From Bdellovibrionales bacterium (lineage in GTDB: Bacteria; Bdellovibrionota; Bdellovibrionia; Bdellovibrionales; UBA1609): DNA of 17,191 nucleotides. Below the pieces are notes generated by a model. The model ran no database searches, was not told where the DNA came from, and saw nothing but the letters and a program-made list of their open reading frames with translations. The stretch covers positions 1-17,191 of the forward strand of contig CBDBCJ010000001.1 of assembly GCA_965203095.1 (NCBI GenBank), given 5' to 3'. This document shows, piece by piece, positions 1 to 11,446 of the stretch; the first letter of the stretch is position 1, and each line of letters starts with the position of its first letter. The position numbers and the translations under genes are program-made.

Positions 1-355
1 CTTGTTATATATGAAATGATAATGTAGGGGCTACAGATGAATTTAAAAACGCAAAAAAATTAAATATTGTTTTGATGACGAAAGTAGTCCCGTATGATGC
101 GAAGGGGGCGGTATTGCGTTTTGAGGCTTGAAATCGGGTCAAAAACAGGGAGGGCGCTGTTTACGCGCCCGTACCACAAAAACTATACCAACAACTACCC
201 AAACATTGAAACATATGTTAAATTTTCATCGATTCTGAATCGATTGATACCAAGAAAGCATTCAAAATGTTGCCCAATAGGCTTCAAATCGACCATTGAA
301 ATTTAGTATTTTTACGTGTAAGCCTATGGGGAGTTGATTTAGTGTAGTGCCCCCT
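1..355. mobile_element. Kolobok/T2-like MITE, partial copy (left end outside window)
   Basis: Right TIR GATTTAGTGTAGTGCCCCCT at 336-355, followed by TTAA at 356-359. Confidence 0.8.
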
Positions 356-990
356 TTAAGGGCTAATTGGCCTAAAATGGCCCTTTTCATCAAATGTGTA
401 AAAAAAGGAGTACGGATTAAAGCAATTTTTCACATTTTTTGGTGTTTTTAAGCATGACAAACTTGAGCAATTGCTTTCAGAGAGTTTTAAACAAAAATGG
501 AAATTAAATCCCGTTTCTAGAGCCCGACAAAGAGGGAAAAAGAGGTAAAAATCATCAGTAAAATCAATTGTTTGCCAATTTGCAGCATTTCAGACAAAAG
601 TTGAACTAATGGTACGTACCCTTAACATCATCAGCATTGGAGTTTGAGCGGAGGGGGGGGGGGGGAGTTTTTGCAACATATTATCAAAATTGCAATACAT
701 AGAGGTTGTAAGACTTGAGTTTTCACGATTTGGAGGGGTTAAAAAGCAACAACATGACTGCAAATAAAAAGAACACATTCAAATTTGTACCCAGATCTAC
801 AACATTTAGCAAAATGCGTCAAAATGGCAAAAATGGGCGTGTTTCGTGTTTTGACCACTGAACTTTAAAACAAGATTTCTCGCGATTTAAACCTCGTAGA
901 GAGATAAAACTTGACAAAGGTGCTTGAAATGCATCAAAATTTTAGAAAATTAAGAAAAAATTACATTTCGAAAAAGTTGGGTATTATTAA
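356..990. repeat. Inter-MITE segment of the monomer (635 bp including both TTAA), example copy
   Basis: Sequence between the right TIR of one MITE and the left TIR of the next. Reconstructed empty site: ...AAAGTTGGGTATTA-TTAA-GGGCTAATTGGCC... Confidence 0.8.
653..665 (+). repeat. Poly-G tract, one per monomer (G9-G13)
   Basis: G13 in monomers 1-2; counted lengths in monomers 3-15 are 12,12,9,9,10,10,12,9,9,10,10,11,11. Confidence 0.9.
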
Positions 991-1010
991 AGGGGGCACC
1001 ACACTAAATC
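991..1010 (+). repeat. Left terminal inverted repeat (20 bp) of the MITE, example copy
   Basis: AGGGGGCACCACACTAAATC; its reverse complement matches 1445-1464 at 19/20 positions. Confidence 0.9.
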
Positions 1011-1444
1011 CTTCCACGTTTGGTGGGATACTGGGCAATAGTCCCTCAAAACAATGGCTTTTTTGAGATGTTTCGGCCTCGTTTGGGACTATCAAATAAT
1101 AAATAGCGGCTTGTTATATATGAAATGATAATGTAGGGGCTACAGATGAATTTAAAAACGCAAAAAAATTAAATATTGTTTTGATGACGAAAGTAGTCCC
1201 GTATGATGCGAAGGGGGCGGTATTGCGTTTTGAGGCTTGAAATCGGGTCAAAAACAGGGAGGGCGCTGTTTACGCGCCCGTACCACAAAAACTATACCAA
1301 CAACTACCCAAACATTGAAACATATGTTAAATTTTCATCGATTCTGAATCGATTGATACCAAGAAAGCATTCAAAATGTTGCCCAATAGGCTTCAAATCG
1401 ACCATTGAAATTTAGTATTTTTACGTGTAAGCCTATGGGGAGTT

Positions 1445-1464
1445 GATTTAGTGTAGTGCCCCCT
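1445..1464 (-). repeat. Right terminal inverted repeat (20 bp) of the MITE, example copy
   Basis: GATTTAGTGTAGTGCCCCCT followed by TTAA. Confidence 0.9.
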
Positions 1465-2099
1465 TTAAGGGCTAATTGGCCTAAAATGGCCCTTTTCATC
1501 AAATGTGTAAAAAAAGGAGTACGGATTAAAGCAATTTTTCACATTTTTTGGTGTTTTTAAGCATGACAAACTTGAGCAATTGCTTTCAGAGAGTTTTAAA
1601 CAAAAATGGAAATTAAATCCCGTTTCTAGAGCCCGACAAAGAGGGAAAAAGAGGTAAAAATCATCAGTAAAATCAATTGTTTGCCAATTTGCAGCATTTC
1701 AGACAAAAGTTGAACTAATGGTACGTACCCTTAACATCATCAGCATTGGAGTTTGAGCGGAGGGGGGGGGGGGGAGTTTTTGCAACATATTATCAAAATT
1801 GCAATACATAGAGGTTGTAAGACTTGAGTTTTCACGATTTGGAGGGGTTAAAAAGCAACAACATGACTGCAAATAAAAAGAACACATTCAAATTTGTACC
1901 CAGATCTACAACATTTAGCAAAATGCGTCAAAATGGCAAAAATGGGCGTGTTTCGTGTTTTGACCACTGAACTTTAAAACAAGATTTCTCGCGATTTAAA
2001 CCTCGTAGAGAGGTAAAACTTGACAAAGGTGCTTGAAATGCATCAAAATTTTAGAAAATTAAGAACAAATTACATTTCGAAAAAGTTGGGTATTATTAA

Positions 2100-2573
2100 A
2101 GGGGGCACCACACTAAATCCTTCCACGTTTGGTGGGATACTGGGCAATAGTCCCTCAAAACAATGGCTTTTTTGAGATGTTTTGGCCTCGTTTGGGACTA
2201 TGAAATAATAAATAGCGGCTTGTTATATATGAAATGATAATGTAGGGGCTATAGATGAATTTAAAAACGCAAAAAAATTAAATATTGTTTTGATGACGAA
2301 AGTAGTCCCGTATGATGCGAAGGGGGCGATATTGCGTTTTGAGGCTTGAAATCGGGTCAAAAACAGGGAGGGCGCTGTTTACGCGCCCGTACCGCAAAAA
2401 CTATACCAACAACTACCCAAACATTGAAACATATGTTAAATTTTCATCGATTCTGAATCGATTGATACCAAGAAAGCATTCAAAATGTTGCCCAATAGGC
2501 TTCAAATCGACCATTGAAATTTAGTATTTTTACGTGTAAGCCTATGGGGAGTTGATTTAGTGTAGTGCCCCCT
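2100..2573. mobile_element. Kolobok/T2-like MITE copy 2
   Basis: Same TIR pair and flanking TTAA as copy 1. Confidence 0.85.
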
Positions 2574-3208
2574 TTAAGGGCTAATTGGCCTAAAATGGCC
2601 CTTTTCATCAAATGTGTAAAAAAAGGAGTACGGATTAAAGCAATTTTTCACATTTTTTGGTGTTTTTAAGCATGACAAACTTGAGCAATTGCTTTCAGAG
2701 AGTTTTAAACAAAAATGGAAATTAAATCCCGTTTCTAGAGCCCGACAAAGAGGGAAAAAGAGGTAAAAATCATCAGTAAAATCAATTGTTTGCCAATTTG
2801 CAGCATTTCAGACAAAAGTTGAACTAATGGTACGTACACTTAAAATCATCAGGATTGGAGTTTGAGCGGAGGGGGGGGGGGGAGTTTTTGCAACATATTA
2901 TCAAAATTGCAATGCATAGAGGTTGTAAGACTTGAGTTTTCACAATTTGGAGGGGTTAAAAAGCAAAAACGTGACTGCAAAGTAAGAAGAACACATTCAA
3001 ATTTGTACCCAGATCTACAACCTTTAGCAAAATGCGTCAAAATGGCAAAAATAGGCGTGTTTCGTGTTTTGACCACTGAACTTTAAAACAAGATTTCTCG
3101 CGATTTAAACCTCGTAGAGAGGTAAAACTTGACAAAGGTGCTTGAAATGCATCAAAATTTTAGAAAATTAAGAACAAATTACATTTCGAAAAAGTTGGGT
3201 ATTATTAA

Positions 3209-3683
3209 AGGGGGCACCACACTAAATCCTTCCACGTTTGGTGGGATACTGGGCAATAGTCCCTCAAAACAATGGCTTTTTTGAGATGTTTTGGCCTCGT
3301 TTGGGACTATGAAATAATAAATAGCGGCTTGTTATATATGAAATGATAATGTAGGGGCTATAGATGAATTTAAAAACGCAAAAAAATTAAATATTGTTTT
3401 GATGACGAAAGTAGTCCCGTATGATGCGAAGGGGGCGATATTGCGTTTTGAGGCTTGAAATCGGGTCAAAAACAGGGAGGGCGCTGTTTACGCGCCCGTA
3501 CCGCAAAAACTATACCAACAACTACCCAAACATTGAAACATATGTTAAATTTTCATCGATTCTGAATCGATTGATACCAAGAAAGCATTTCAAAATGTTG
3601 CCCAATAGGCTTCAAATCGACCATTGAAATTTAGTATTTTTACGTGTAAGCCTATGGGGAGTTGATTTAGTGTAGTGCCCCCT
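3209..3683. mobile_element. Kolobok/T2-like MITE copy 3
   Basis: Same TIR pair and flanking TTAA. Confidence 0.85.
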
Positions 3684-4318
3684 TTAAGGGCTAATTGGCC
3701 TAAAATGGCCCTTTTCATCAAATGTGTAAAAAAAGGAGTACGGATTAAAGCAATTTTTCACATTTTTTGGTGTTTTTAAGCATGACAAACTTGAGCAATT
3801 GCTTTCAGAGAGTTTTAAACAAAAATGGAAATTAAATCCCGTTTCTAGAGCCCGACAAAGAGGGAAAAAGAGGTAAAAATCATCAGTAAAATCAATTGTT
3901 TGCCAATTTGCAGCATTTCAGACAAAAGTTGAACTAATGGTACGTACACTTAAAATCATCAGGATTGGAGTTTGAGCGGAGGGGGGGGGGGGAGTTTTTG
4001 CAACATATTATCAAAATTGCAATGCATAGAGGTTGTAAGACTTGAGTTTTCACAATTTGGAGGGGTTAAAAAGCAAAAACGTGACTGCAAAGTAAGAAGA
4101 ACACATTCAAATTTGTACCCAGATCTACAACCTTTAGCAAAATGCGTCAAAATGGCAAAAATAGGCGTGTTTCGTGTTTTGACCACTGAACTTTAAAACA
4201 AGATTTCTCGCGATTTAAACCTCGTAGAGAGGTAAAACTTGACAAAGGTGCTTGAAATGCATCAAAATTTTAGAAAATTAAGAACAAATTACATTTCGAA
4301 AAAGTTGGGTATTATTAA

Positions 4319-4792
4319 AGGGGGAACCACACTAAATCCTTCCACGTTTGGTGGGATACTGGGCAATAGTCCCTCAAAACAATGGCTTTTTTGAGATGTT
4401 TTGGCCTCGTTTGGGACTATGAAATAATAAATAGCGGCTTGTTATATATGAAATGATAATGTAGGGGCTATAGATGAATTTAAAAACGCAAAAAAATTAA
4501 ATATTGTTTTGATGACGAAAGTAGTCCCGTATGATGCGAAGGGGGCGATATTGCGTTTTGAGGCTTGAAATCGGGTCAAAAACAGGGAGGGCGCTGTTTA
4601 CGCGCCCGTACCGCAAAAACTATACCAACAACTACCCAAACATTGAAACATATGTTAAATTTTCATCGATTCTGAATCGATTGATACCAAGAAAGCATTC
4701 AAAATGTTGCCCAATAGGCTTCAAATCGACCATTGAAATTTAGTATTTTTACGTGTAAGCCTATGGGGAGTTGATTTAGTGTAGTGCCCCCT
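4319..4792. mobile_element. Kolobok/T2-like MITE copy 4 (C>A in left TIR at 4325)
   Basis: Left TIR reads AGGGGGAACCACACTAAATC; right TIR and both TTAA intact. Confidence 0.85.
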
Positions 4793-5427
4793 TTAAGGGC
4801 TAATTGGCCTAAAATGGCCCTTTTCATCAAATGTGTAAAAAAAGGAGTACGGATTAAAGCAATTTTTCACATTTTTTGGTGTTTTTAAGCATGACAAACT
4901 TTGAGCAATTGCTTTCAGAGAGTTTTAAACAAAAATGGAAATTAAATCCCGTTTCTAGAGCCCGACAAAGAGGGAAAAAGAGGTAAAAATCATCAGTAAA
5001 ATCAATTGTTTGCCAATTTGCAGCATTTCAGACAAAAGTTGAACTAATGGTACGTACACTTAAAATCATCAGGATTGGAGTTTGAGCGGAGGGGGGGGGA
5101 GTTTTTGCAACATATTATCAAAATTGCAATGCATAGAGGTTGTAAGACTTGAGTTTTCACAAATTTGGAGGGGTTAAAAAGCAAAAACGTGACTGCAAAG
5201 TAAGAAGAACACATTCAAATTTGTACCCAGATCTACAACCTTTAGCAAAATGCGTCAAAATGGCAAAAATAGGCGTGTTTCGTGTTTTGACCACTGAACT
5301 TTAAAACAAGATTTCTCGCGATTTAAACCTCGTAGAGAGGTAAAACTTGACAAAGGTGCTTGAAATGCATCAAAATTTTAGAAAATTAAGAACAAATTAC
5401 ATTTCGAAAAAAGTTGGGTATTATTAA

Positions 5428-5902
5428 AGGGGGCACCACACTAAATCCTTCCACGTTTGGTGGGATACTGGGCAATAGTCCCTCAAAACAATGGCTTTTT
5501 TGAGATGTTTTGGCCTCGTTTGGGACTATGAAATAATAAATAGCGGCTTGTTATATATGAAATGATAATGTAGGGGCTATAGATGAATTTAAAAACGCAA
5601 AAAAATTAAATATTGTTTTGATGACGAAAGTAGTCCCGTATGATGCGAAGGGGGCGATATTGCGTTTTGAGGCTTGAAATCGGGTCAAAAACAGGGAGGG
5701 CGCTGTTTACGCGCCCCGTACCGCAAAAACTATACCAACAACTACCCAAACATTGAAACATATGTTAAATTTTCATCGATTCTGAATCGATTGATACCAA
5801 GAAAGCATTCAAAATGTTGCCCAATAGGCTTCAAATCGACCATTGAAATTTAGTATTTTTACGTGTAAGCCTATGGGGAGTTGATTTAGTGTAGTGCCCC
5901 CT
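5428..5902. mobile_element. Kolobok/T2-like MITE copy 5
   Basis: Same TIR pair and flanking TTAA. Confidence 0.85.
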
Positions 5903-6535
5903 TTAAGGGCTAATTGGCCTAAAATGGCCCTTTTCATCAAATGTGTAAAAAAAGGAGTACGGATTAAAGCAATTTTTCACATTTTTTGGTGTTTTTAAGC
6001 ATGACAAACTTGAGCAATTGCTTTCAGAGAGTTTTAAACAAAAATGGAAATTAAATCCCGTTTCTAGAGCCCGACAAAGAGGGAAAAAGAGGTAAAAATC
6101 ATCAGTAAAATCAATTGTTTGCCAATTTGCAGCATTTCAGACAAAAGTTGAACTAATGGTACGTACACTTAAAATCATCAGGATTGGAGTTTGAGCGGAG
6201 GGGGGGGGGAGTTTTTGCAACATATTATCAAAATTGCAATGCATAGAGGTTGTAAGACTTGAGTTTTCACAATTTGGAGGGGTTAAAAAGCAAAAACGTG
6301 ACTGCAAAGTAAGAAGAACACATTCAAATTTGTACCCAGATCTACAACCTTTAGCAAAATGCGTCAAAATGGCAAAAATAGGCGTGTTTCGTGTTTTGAC
6401 CACTGAACTTTAAAACAAGATTTCTCGCGATTTAAACCTCGTAGAGAGGTAAAACTTGACAAAGGTGCTTGAAATGCATCAAAATTTTAGAAAATTAAGA
6501 ACAAATTACATTTCGAAAAAGTTGGGTATTATTAA

Positions 6536-7011
6536 AGGGGGCACCACACTAAATCCTTCCACGTTTGGTGGGATACTGGGCAATAGTCCCTCAAAACAAT
6601 GGCTTTTTTGAGATGTTTTGGCCTCGTTTGGGACTATGAAATAATAAATAGCGGCTTGTTATATATGAAATGATAATGTAGGGGCTATAGATGAATTTAA
6701 AAACGCAAAAAAATTAAATATTGTTTTGATGACGAAAGTAGTCCCGTATGATGCGAAGGGGGCGATATTGCGTTTTGAGGCTTGAAATCGGGTCAAAAAC
6801 AGGGAGGGCGCTGTTTACGCGCCCGTACCGCAAAAACTATACCAACAACTACCCAAACATTGAAACATATGTTAAATTTTTCATCGATTCTGAATCGATT
6901 GATACCAAGAAAGCATTCAAAATGTTGCCCAATAGGCTTCAAATCGACCATTGAAATTTTAGTATTTTTACGTGTAAGCCTATGGGGAGTTGATTTAGTG
7001 TAGTGCCCCCT
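6536..7011. mobile_element. Kolobok/T2-like MITE copy 6
   Basis: Same TIR pair and flanking TTAA. Confidence 0.85.
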
Positions 7012-7646
7012 TTAAGGGCTAATTGGCCTAAAATGGCCCTTTTCATCAAATGTGTAAAAAAAGGAGTACGGATTAAAAGCAATTTTTCACATTTTTTGGT
7101 GTTTTTAAGCATGACAAACTTGAGCAATTGCTTTCAGAGAGTTTTAAACAAAAATGGAAATTAAATCCCGTTTCTAGAGCCCGACAAAGAGGGAAAAAGA
7201 GGTAAAAATCATCAGTAAAATCAATTGTTTGCCAATTTGTAGCATTTCAGACAAAAGTTGAACTAATGGTACGTACACTTAAAATCATCAGGATTGGAGT
7301 TTGAGCGGAGGGGGGGGGGGAGTTTTTGCAACATATTATCAAAATTGCAATGCATAGAGGTTGTAAGACTTGAGTTTTCACAATTTGGAGGGGTTAAAAA
7401 GCAAAAACGTGACTGCAAAGTAAGAAGAACACATTCAAATTTGTACCCAGATCTACAACCTTTAGCAAAATGCGTCAAAATGGCAAAAATAGGCGTGTTT
7501 CGTGTTTTGACCACTGAACTTTAAAACAAGATTTCTCGCGATTTAAACCTCGTAGAGAGGTAAAACTTGACAAAGGTGCTTGAAATGCATCAAAATTTTA
7601 GAAAATTAAGAACAAATTACATTTCGAAAAAGTTGGGTATTATTAA

Positions 7647-8121
7647 AGGGGGCACCACACTAAATCCTTCCACGTTTGGTGGGATACTGGGCAATAGTCC
7701 CTCAAAACAATGGCTTTTTTGAGATGTTTTGGCCTCGTTTGGGACTATGAAATAATAAATAGCGGCTTGTTATATATGAAATGATAATGTAGGGGCTATA
7801 GATGAATTTAAAAACGCAAAAAAATTAAATATTGTTTTGATGACGAAAGTAGTCCCGTATGATGCGAAGGGGGCGATATTGCGTTTTTGAGGCTTGAAAT
7901 CGGGTCAAAAACAGGGAGGGCGCTGTTTACGCGCCCGTACCGCAAAAACTATACCAACAACTACCCAAACATTGAAACATATGTTAAATTTTCATCGATT
8001 CTGAATCGATTGATACCAAGAAAGCATTCAAAATGTTGCCCAATAGGCTTCAAATCGACCATTGAAATTTAGTATTTTTACGTGTAAGCCTATGGGGAGT
8101 TGATTTAGTGTAGTGCCCCCT
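7647..8121. mobile_element. Kolobok/T2-like MITE copy 7
   Basis: Same TIR pair and flanking TTAA. Confidence 0.85.
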
Positions 8122-8754
8122 TTAAGGGCTAATTGGCCTAAAATGGCCCTTTTCATCAAATGTGTGAAAAAAGGAGTACGGATTAAAGCAATTTTTCACA
8201 TTTTTTGGTGTTTTTAAGCATGACAAACTTGAGCAATTGCTTTCAGAGAGTTTTAAACAAAAATGGAAATTAAATCCCGTTTCTAGAGCCCGACAAAGAG
8301 GGGAAAAGAGGTAAAAATCATCAGTAAAATCAATTGTTTGCCAATTTGCAGCATTTCAGACAAAAGTTGAACTAATGGTACGTACACTTAACATCATCAG
8401 GATTGGAGTTTGAGCGGAGGGGGGGGGGAGTTTTTGCAACATATTATCAAAATTGCAATGCATAGAGGTTGTAAGACTTGAGTTTTCACAATTTGGAGGG
8501 GTTAAAAAGCAAAAACGTGACTGCAAAGTAAGAAGAACACATTCAAATTTGTACCCAGATCTACAACCTTTAGCAAAATGCGTCAAAATGGCAAAAATAG
8601 GCGTGTTTCGTGTTTTGACCACTGAACTTTAAAACAAGATTTCTCGCGATTTAAACCTCGTAGAGAGGTAAAACTTGACAAAGGTGCTTGAAATGCATCA
8701 AAATTTTAGAAAATTAAGAACAAATTACATTTCGAAAAAGTTGGGTATTATTAA

Positions 8755-9229
8755 AGGGGGCACCACACTAAATCCTTCCACGTTTGGTGGGATACTGGGC
8801 AATAGTCCCTCAAAACAATGGCTTTTTTGAGATGTTTTGGCCTCGTTTGGGACTATGAAATAATAAATAGCGGCTTGTTATATATGAAATGATAATGTAG
8901 GGGCTATAGATGAATTTAAAAACGCAAAAAAATTAAATATTGTTTTGATGACGAAAGTAGTCCCGTATGATGCGAAGGGGGCGATATTGCGTTTTGAGGC
9001 TTGAAATCGGGTCAAAAAACAGGGAGGGCGCTGTTTACGCGCCCGTACCGCAAAAACTATACCAACAACTACCCAAACATTGAAACATATGTTAAATTTT
9101 CATCGATTCTGAATCGATTGATACCAAGAAAGCATTCAAAATGTTGCCCAATAGGCTTCAAATCGACCATTGAAATTTAGTATTTTTACGTGTAAGCCTA
9201 TGGGGAGTTGATTTAGTGTAGTGCCCCCT
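8755..9229. mobile_element. Kolobok/T2-like MITE copy 8
   Basis: Same TIR pair and flanking TTAA. Confidence 0.85.
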
Positions 9230-9865
9230 TTAAGGGCTAATTGGCCTAAAATGGCCCTTTTCATCAAATGTGTAAAAAAAGGAGTACGGATTAAAGCAAT
9301 TTTTCACATTTTTTGGTGTTTTTAAGCATGACAAACTTGAGCAATTGCTTTCAGAGAGTTTTTAAACAAAAATGGAAATTAAATCCCGTTTCTAGAGCCC
9401 GACAAAGAGGGAAAAAGAGGTAAAAATCATCAGTAAAATCAATTGTTTGCCAATTTGCAGCATTTCAGACAAAAGTTGAACTAATGGTACGTACACTTAA
9501 AATCATCAGGATTGGAGTTTGAGCGGAGGGGGGGGGGGGAGTTTTTGCAACATATTATCAAAATTGCAATGCATAGAGGTTGTAAGACTTGAGTTTTCAC
9601 AATTTGGAGGGGTTAAAAAGCAAAAACGTGACTGCAAAGTAAGAAGAACACATTCAAATTTGTACCCAGATCTACAACCTTTAGCAAAATGCGTCAAAAT
9701 GGCAAAAATAGGCGTGTTTCGTGTTTTGACCACTGAACTTTAAAACAAGATTTCTCGCGATTTAAACCTCGTAGAGAGGTAAAACTTGACAAAGGTGCTT
9801 GAAATGCATCAAAATTTTAGAAAATTAAGAACAAATTACATTTCGAAAAAGTTGGGTATTATTAA

Positions 9866-10339
9866 AGGGGGCACCACACTAAATCCTTCCACGTTTGGTG
9901 GGATACTGGGCAATAGTTCCTCAAAACAATGGCTTTTTTGAGATGTTTTGGCCTCGTTTGGGACTATGAAATAATAAATAGCGGCTTGTTATATATGAAA
10001 TGATAATGTAGGGGCTATAGATGAATTTAAAAACGCAAAAAAATTAAATATTGTTTTGATGACGAAAGTAGTCCCGTATGATGCGAAGGGGGCGATATTG
10101 CGTTTTGAGGCTTGAAATCGGGTCAAAAACAGGGAGGGCGCTGTTTACGCGCCCGTACCGCAAAAACTATACCAACAACTACCCAAACATTGAAACATAT
10201 GTTAAATTTTCATCGATTCTGAATCGATTGATACCAAGAAAGCATTCAAAATGTTGCCCAATAGGCTTCAAATCGACCATTGAAATTTAGTATTTTTACG
10301 TGTAAGCCTATGGGGAGTTGATTTAGTGTAGTGCCCCCT
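9866..10339. mobile_element. Kolobok/T2-like MITE copy 9
   Basis: Same TIR pair and flanking TTAA. Confidence 0.85.
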
Positions 10340-10971
10340 TTAAGGGCTAATTGGCCTAAAATGGCCCTTTTCATCAAATGTGTAAAAAAAGGAGTACGGA
10401 TTAAAGCAATTTTTCACATTTTTTGGTGTTTTTAAGCATGACAAACTTGAGCAATTGCTTTCAGAGAGTTTTAAACAAAAATGGAAATTAAATCCCGTTT
10501 CTAGAGCCCGACAAAGAGGGAAAAAGAGGTAAAAATCATCAGTAAAATCAATTGTTTGCCAATTTGCAGCATTTCAGACAAAAGTTGAACTAATGGTACG
10601 TACACTTAAAATCATCAGGATTGGAGTTTGAGCGGAGGGGGGGGGAGTTTTTGCAACATATTATCAAAATTGCAATGCATAGAGGTTGTAAGACTTGAGT
10701 TTTCACAATTTGGAGGGGTTAAAAAGCAAAAACGTGACTGCAAAGTAAGAAGAACACATTCAAATTTGTACCCAGATCTACAACCTTTAGCAAAATGCGT
10801 CAAAATGGCAAAAATAGGCGTGTTTCGTGTTTTGACCACTGAACTTTAAAACAAGATTTCTCGCGATTTAAACCTCGTAGAGAGGTAAAACTTGACAAAG
10901 GTGCTTGAAATGCATCAAAATTTTAGAAAATTAAGAACAAATTACATTTCGAAAAAGTTGGGTATTATTAA

Positions 10972-11446
10972 AGGGGGCACCACACTAAATCCTTCCACGT
11001 TTGGTGGGGATACTGGGCAATAGTCCCTCAAAACAATGGCTTTTTTGAGATGTTTTGGCCTCGTTTGGGACTATGAAATAATAAATAGCGGCTTGTTATA
11101 TATGAAATGATAATGTAGGGGCTATAGATGAATTTAAAAACGCAAAAAAATTAAATATTGTTTTGATGACGAAAGTAGTCCCGTATGATGCGAAGGGGGC
11201 GATATTGCGTTTTGAGGCTTGAAATCGGGTCAAAAACAGGGAGGGCGCTGTTTACGCGCCCGTACCGCAAAAACTATACCAACAACTACCCAAACATTGA
11301 AACATATGTTAAATTTTCATCGATTCTGAATCGATTGATACCAAGAAAGCATTCAAAATGTTGCCCAATAGGCTTCAAATCGACCATTGAAATTTAGTAT
11401 TTTTACGTGTAAGCCTATGGGGAGTTGATTTAGTGTAGTGCCCCCT
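10972..11446. mobile_element. Kolobok/T2-like MITE copy 10
   Basis: Same TIR pair and flanking TTAA. Confidence 0.85.

Larger units (their letters stand above)
991..1464. mobile_element. Non-autonomous TIR DNA transposon (MITE), Kolobok/T2-like, 474 bp, copy 1
   Basis: TTAA(987-990)|AGGGGGCACCACACTAAATC(991-1010) ... GATTTAGTGTAGTGCCCCCT(1445-1464)|TTAA(1465-1468). TIR matches 19/20. TTAA target duplication with 5'-RR...YY-3' termini is the Kolobok signature (piggyBac would be TTAA|CCY...RGG|TTAA). No transposase ORF. Confidence 0.85.
1..1944. repeat. Variant-A monomer block (left)
   Basis: A alleles, e.g. CTACAG, GGCGGT, GTACCAC, GTACCCTTAAC, AATGGGCG; last A allele at 1944. Confidence 0.85.

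Noticed and set aside
152..176. Helitron 3' hairpin or intrinsic terminator
   Set aside because: The hairpin is not followed by CTRR or a T-tract, and it lies inside a TIR element.
94..306. Recurrent 70-aa ORF (MMRRGRYCVLRLEIG...) inside the MITE
   Set aside because: Short, no recognisable domain or DDE motif, and it recurs only because the DNA is repeated. No evidence of coding constraint, though a micropeptide cannot be formally excluded.
379..395. Histone 3' stem-loop-like GGCCCTTTTCA
   Set aside because: The 3' arm (GRGCC) is missing (the sequence continues TCAAATG) and there is no histone ORF.
733..745. piggyBac-like right end GGGG|TTAA
   Set aside because: No matching TTAA|CCC left end or TIR elsewhere in the monomer.
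2849..3086. Overlapping +/- ORFs (MVKTRNTP... / MSGGGGGG...) across the poly-G tract
   Set aside because: The poly-Pro/poly-Gly runs are translations of the G run. Frames change with G-run length and the ORFs are disrupted in variant A.
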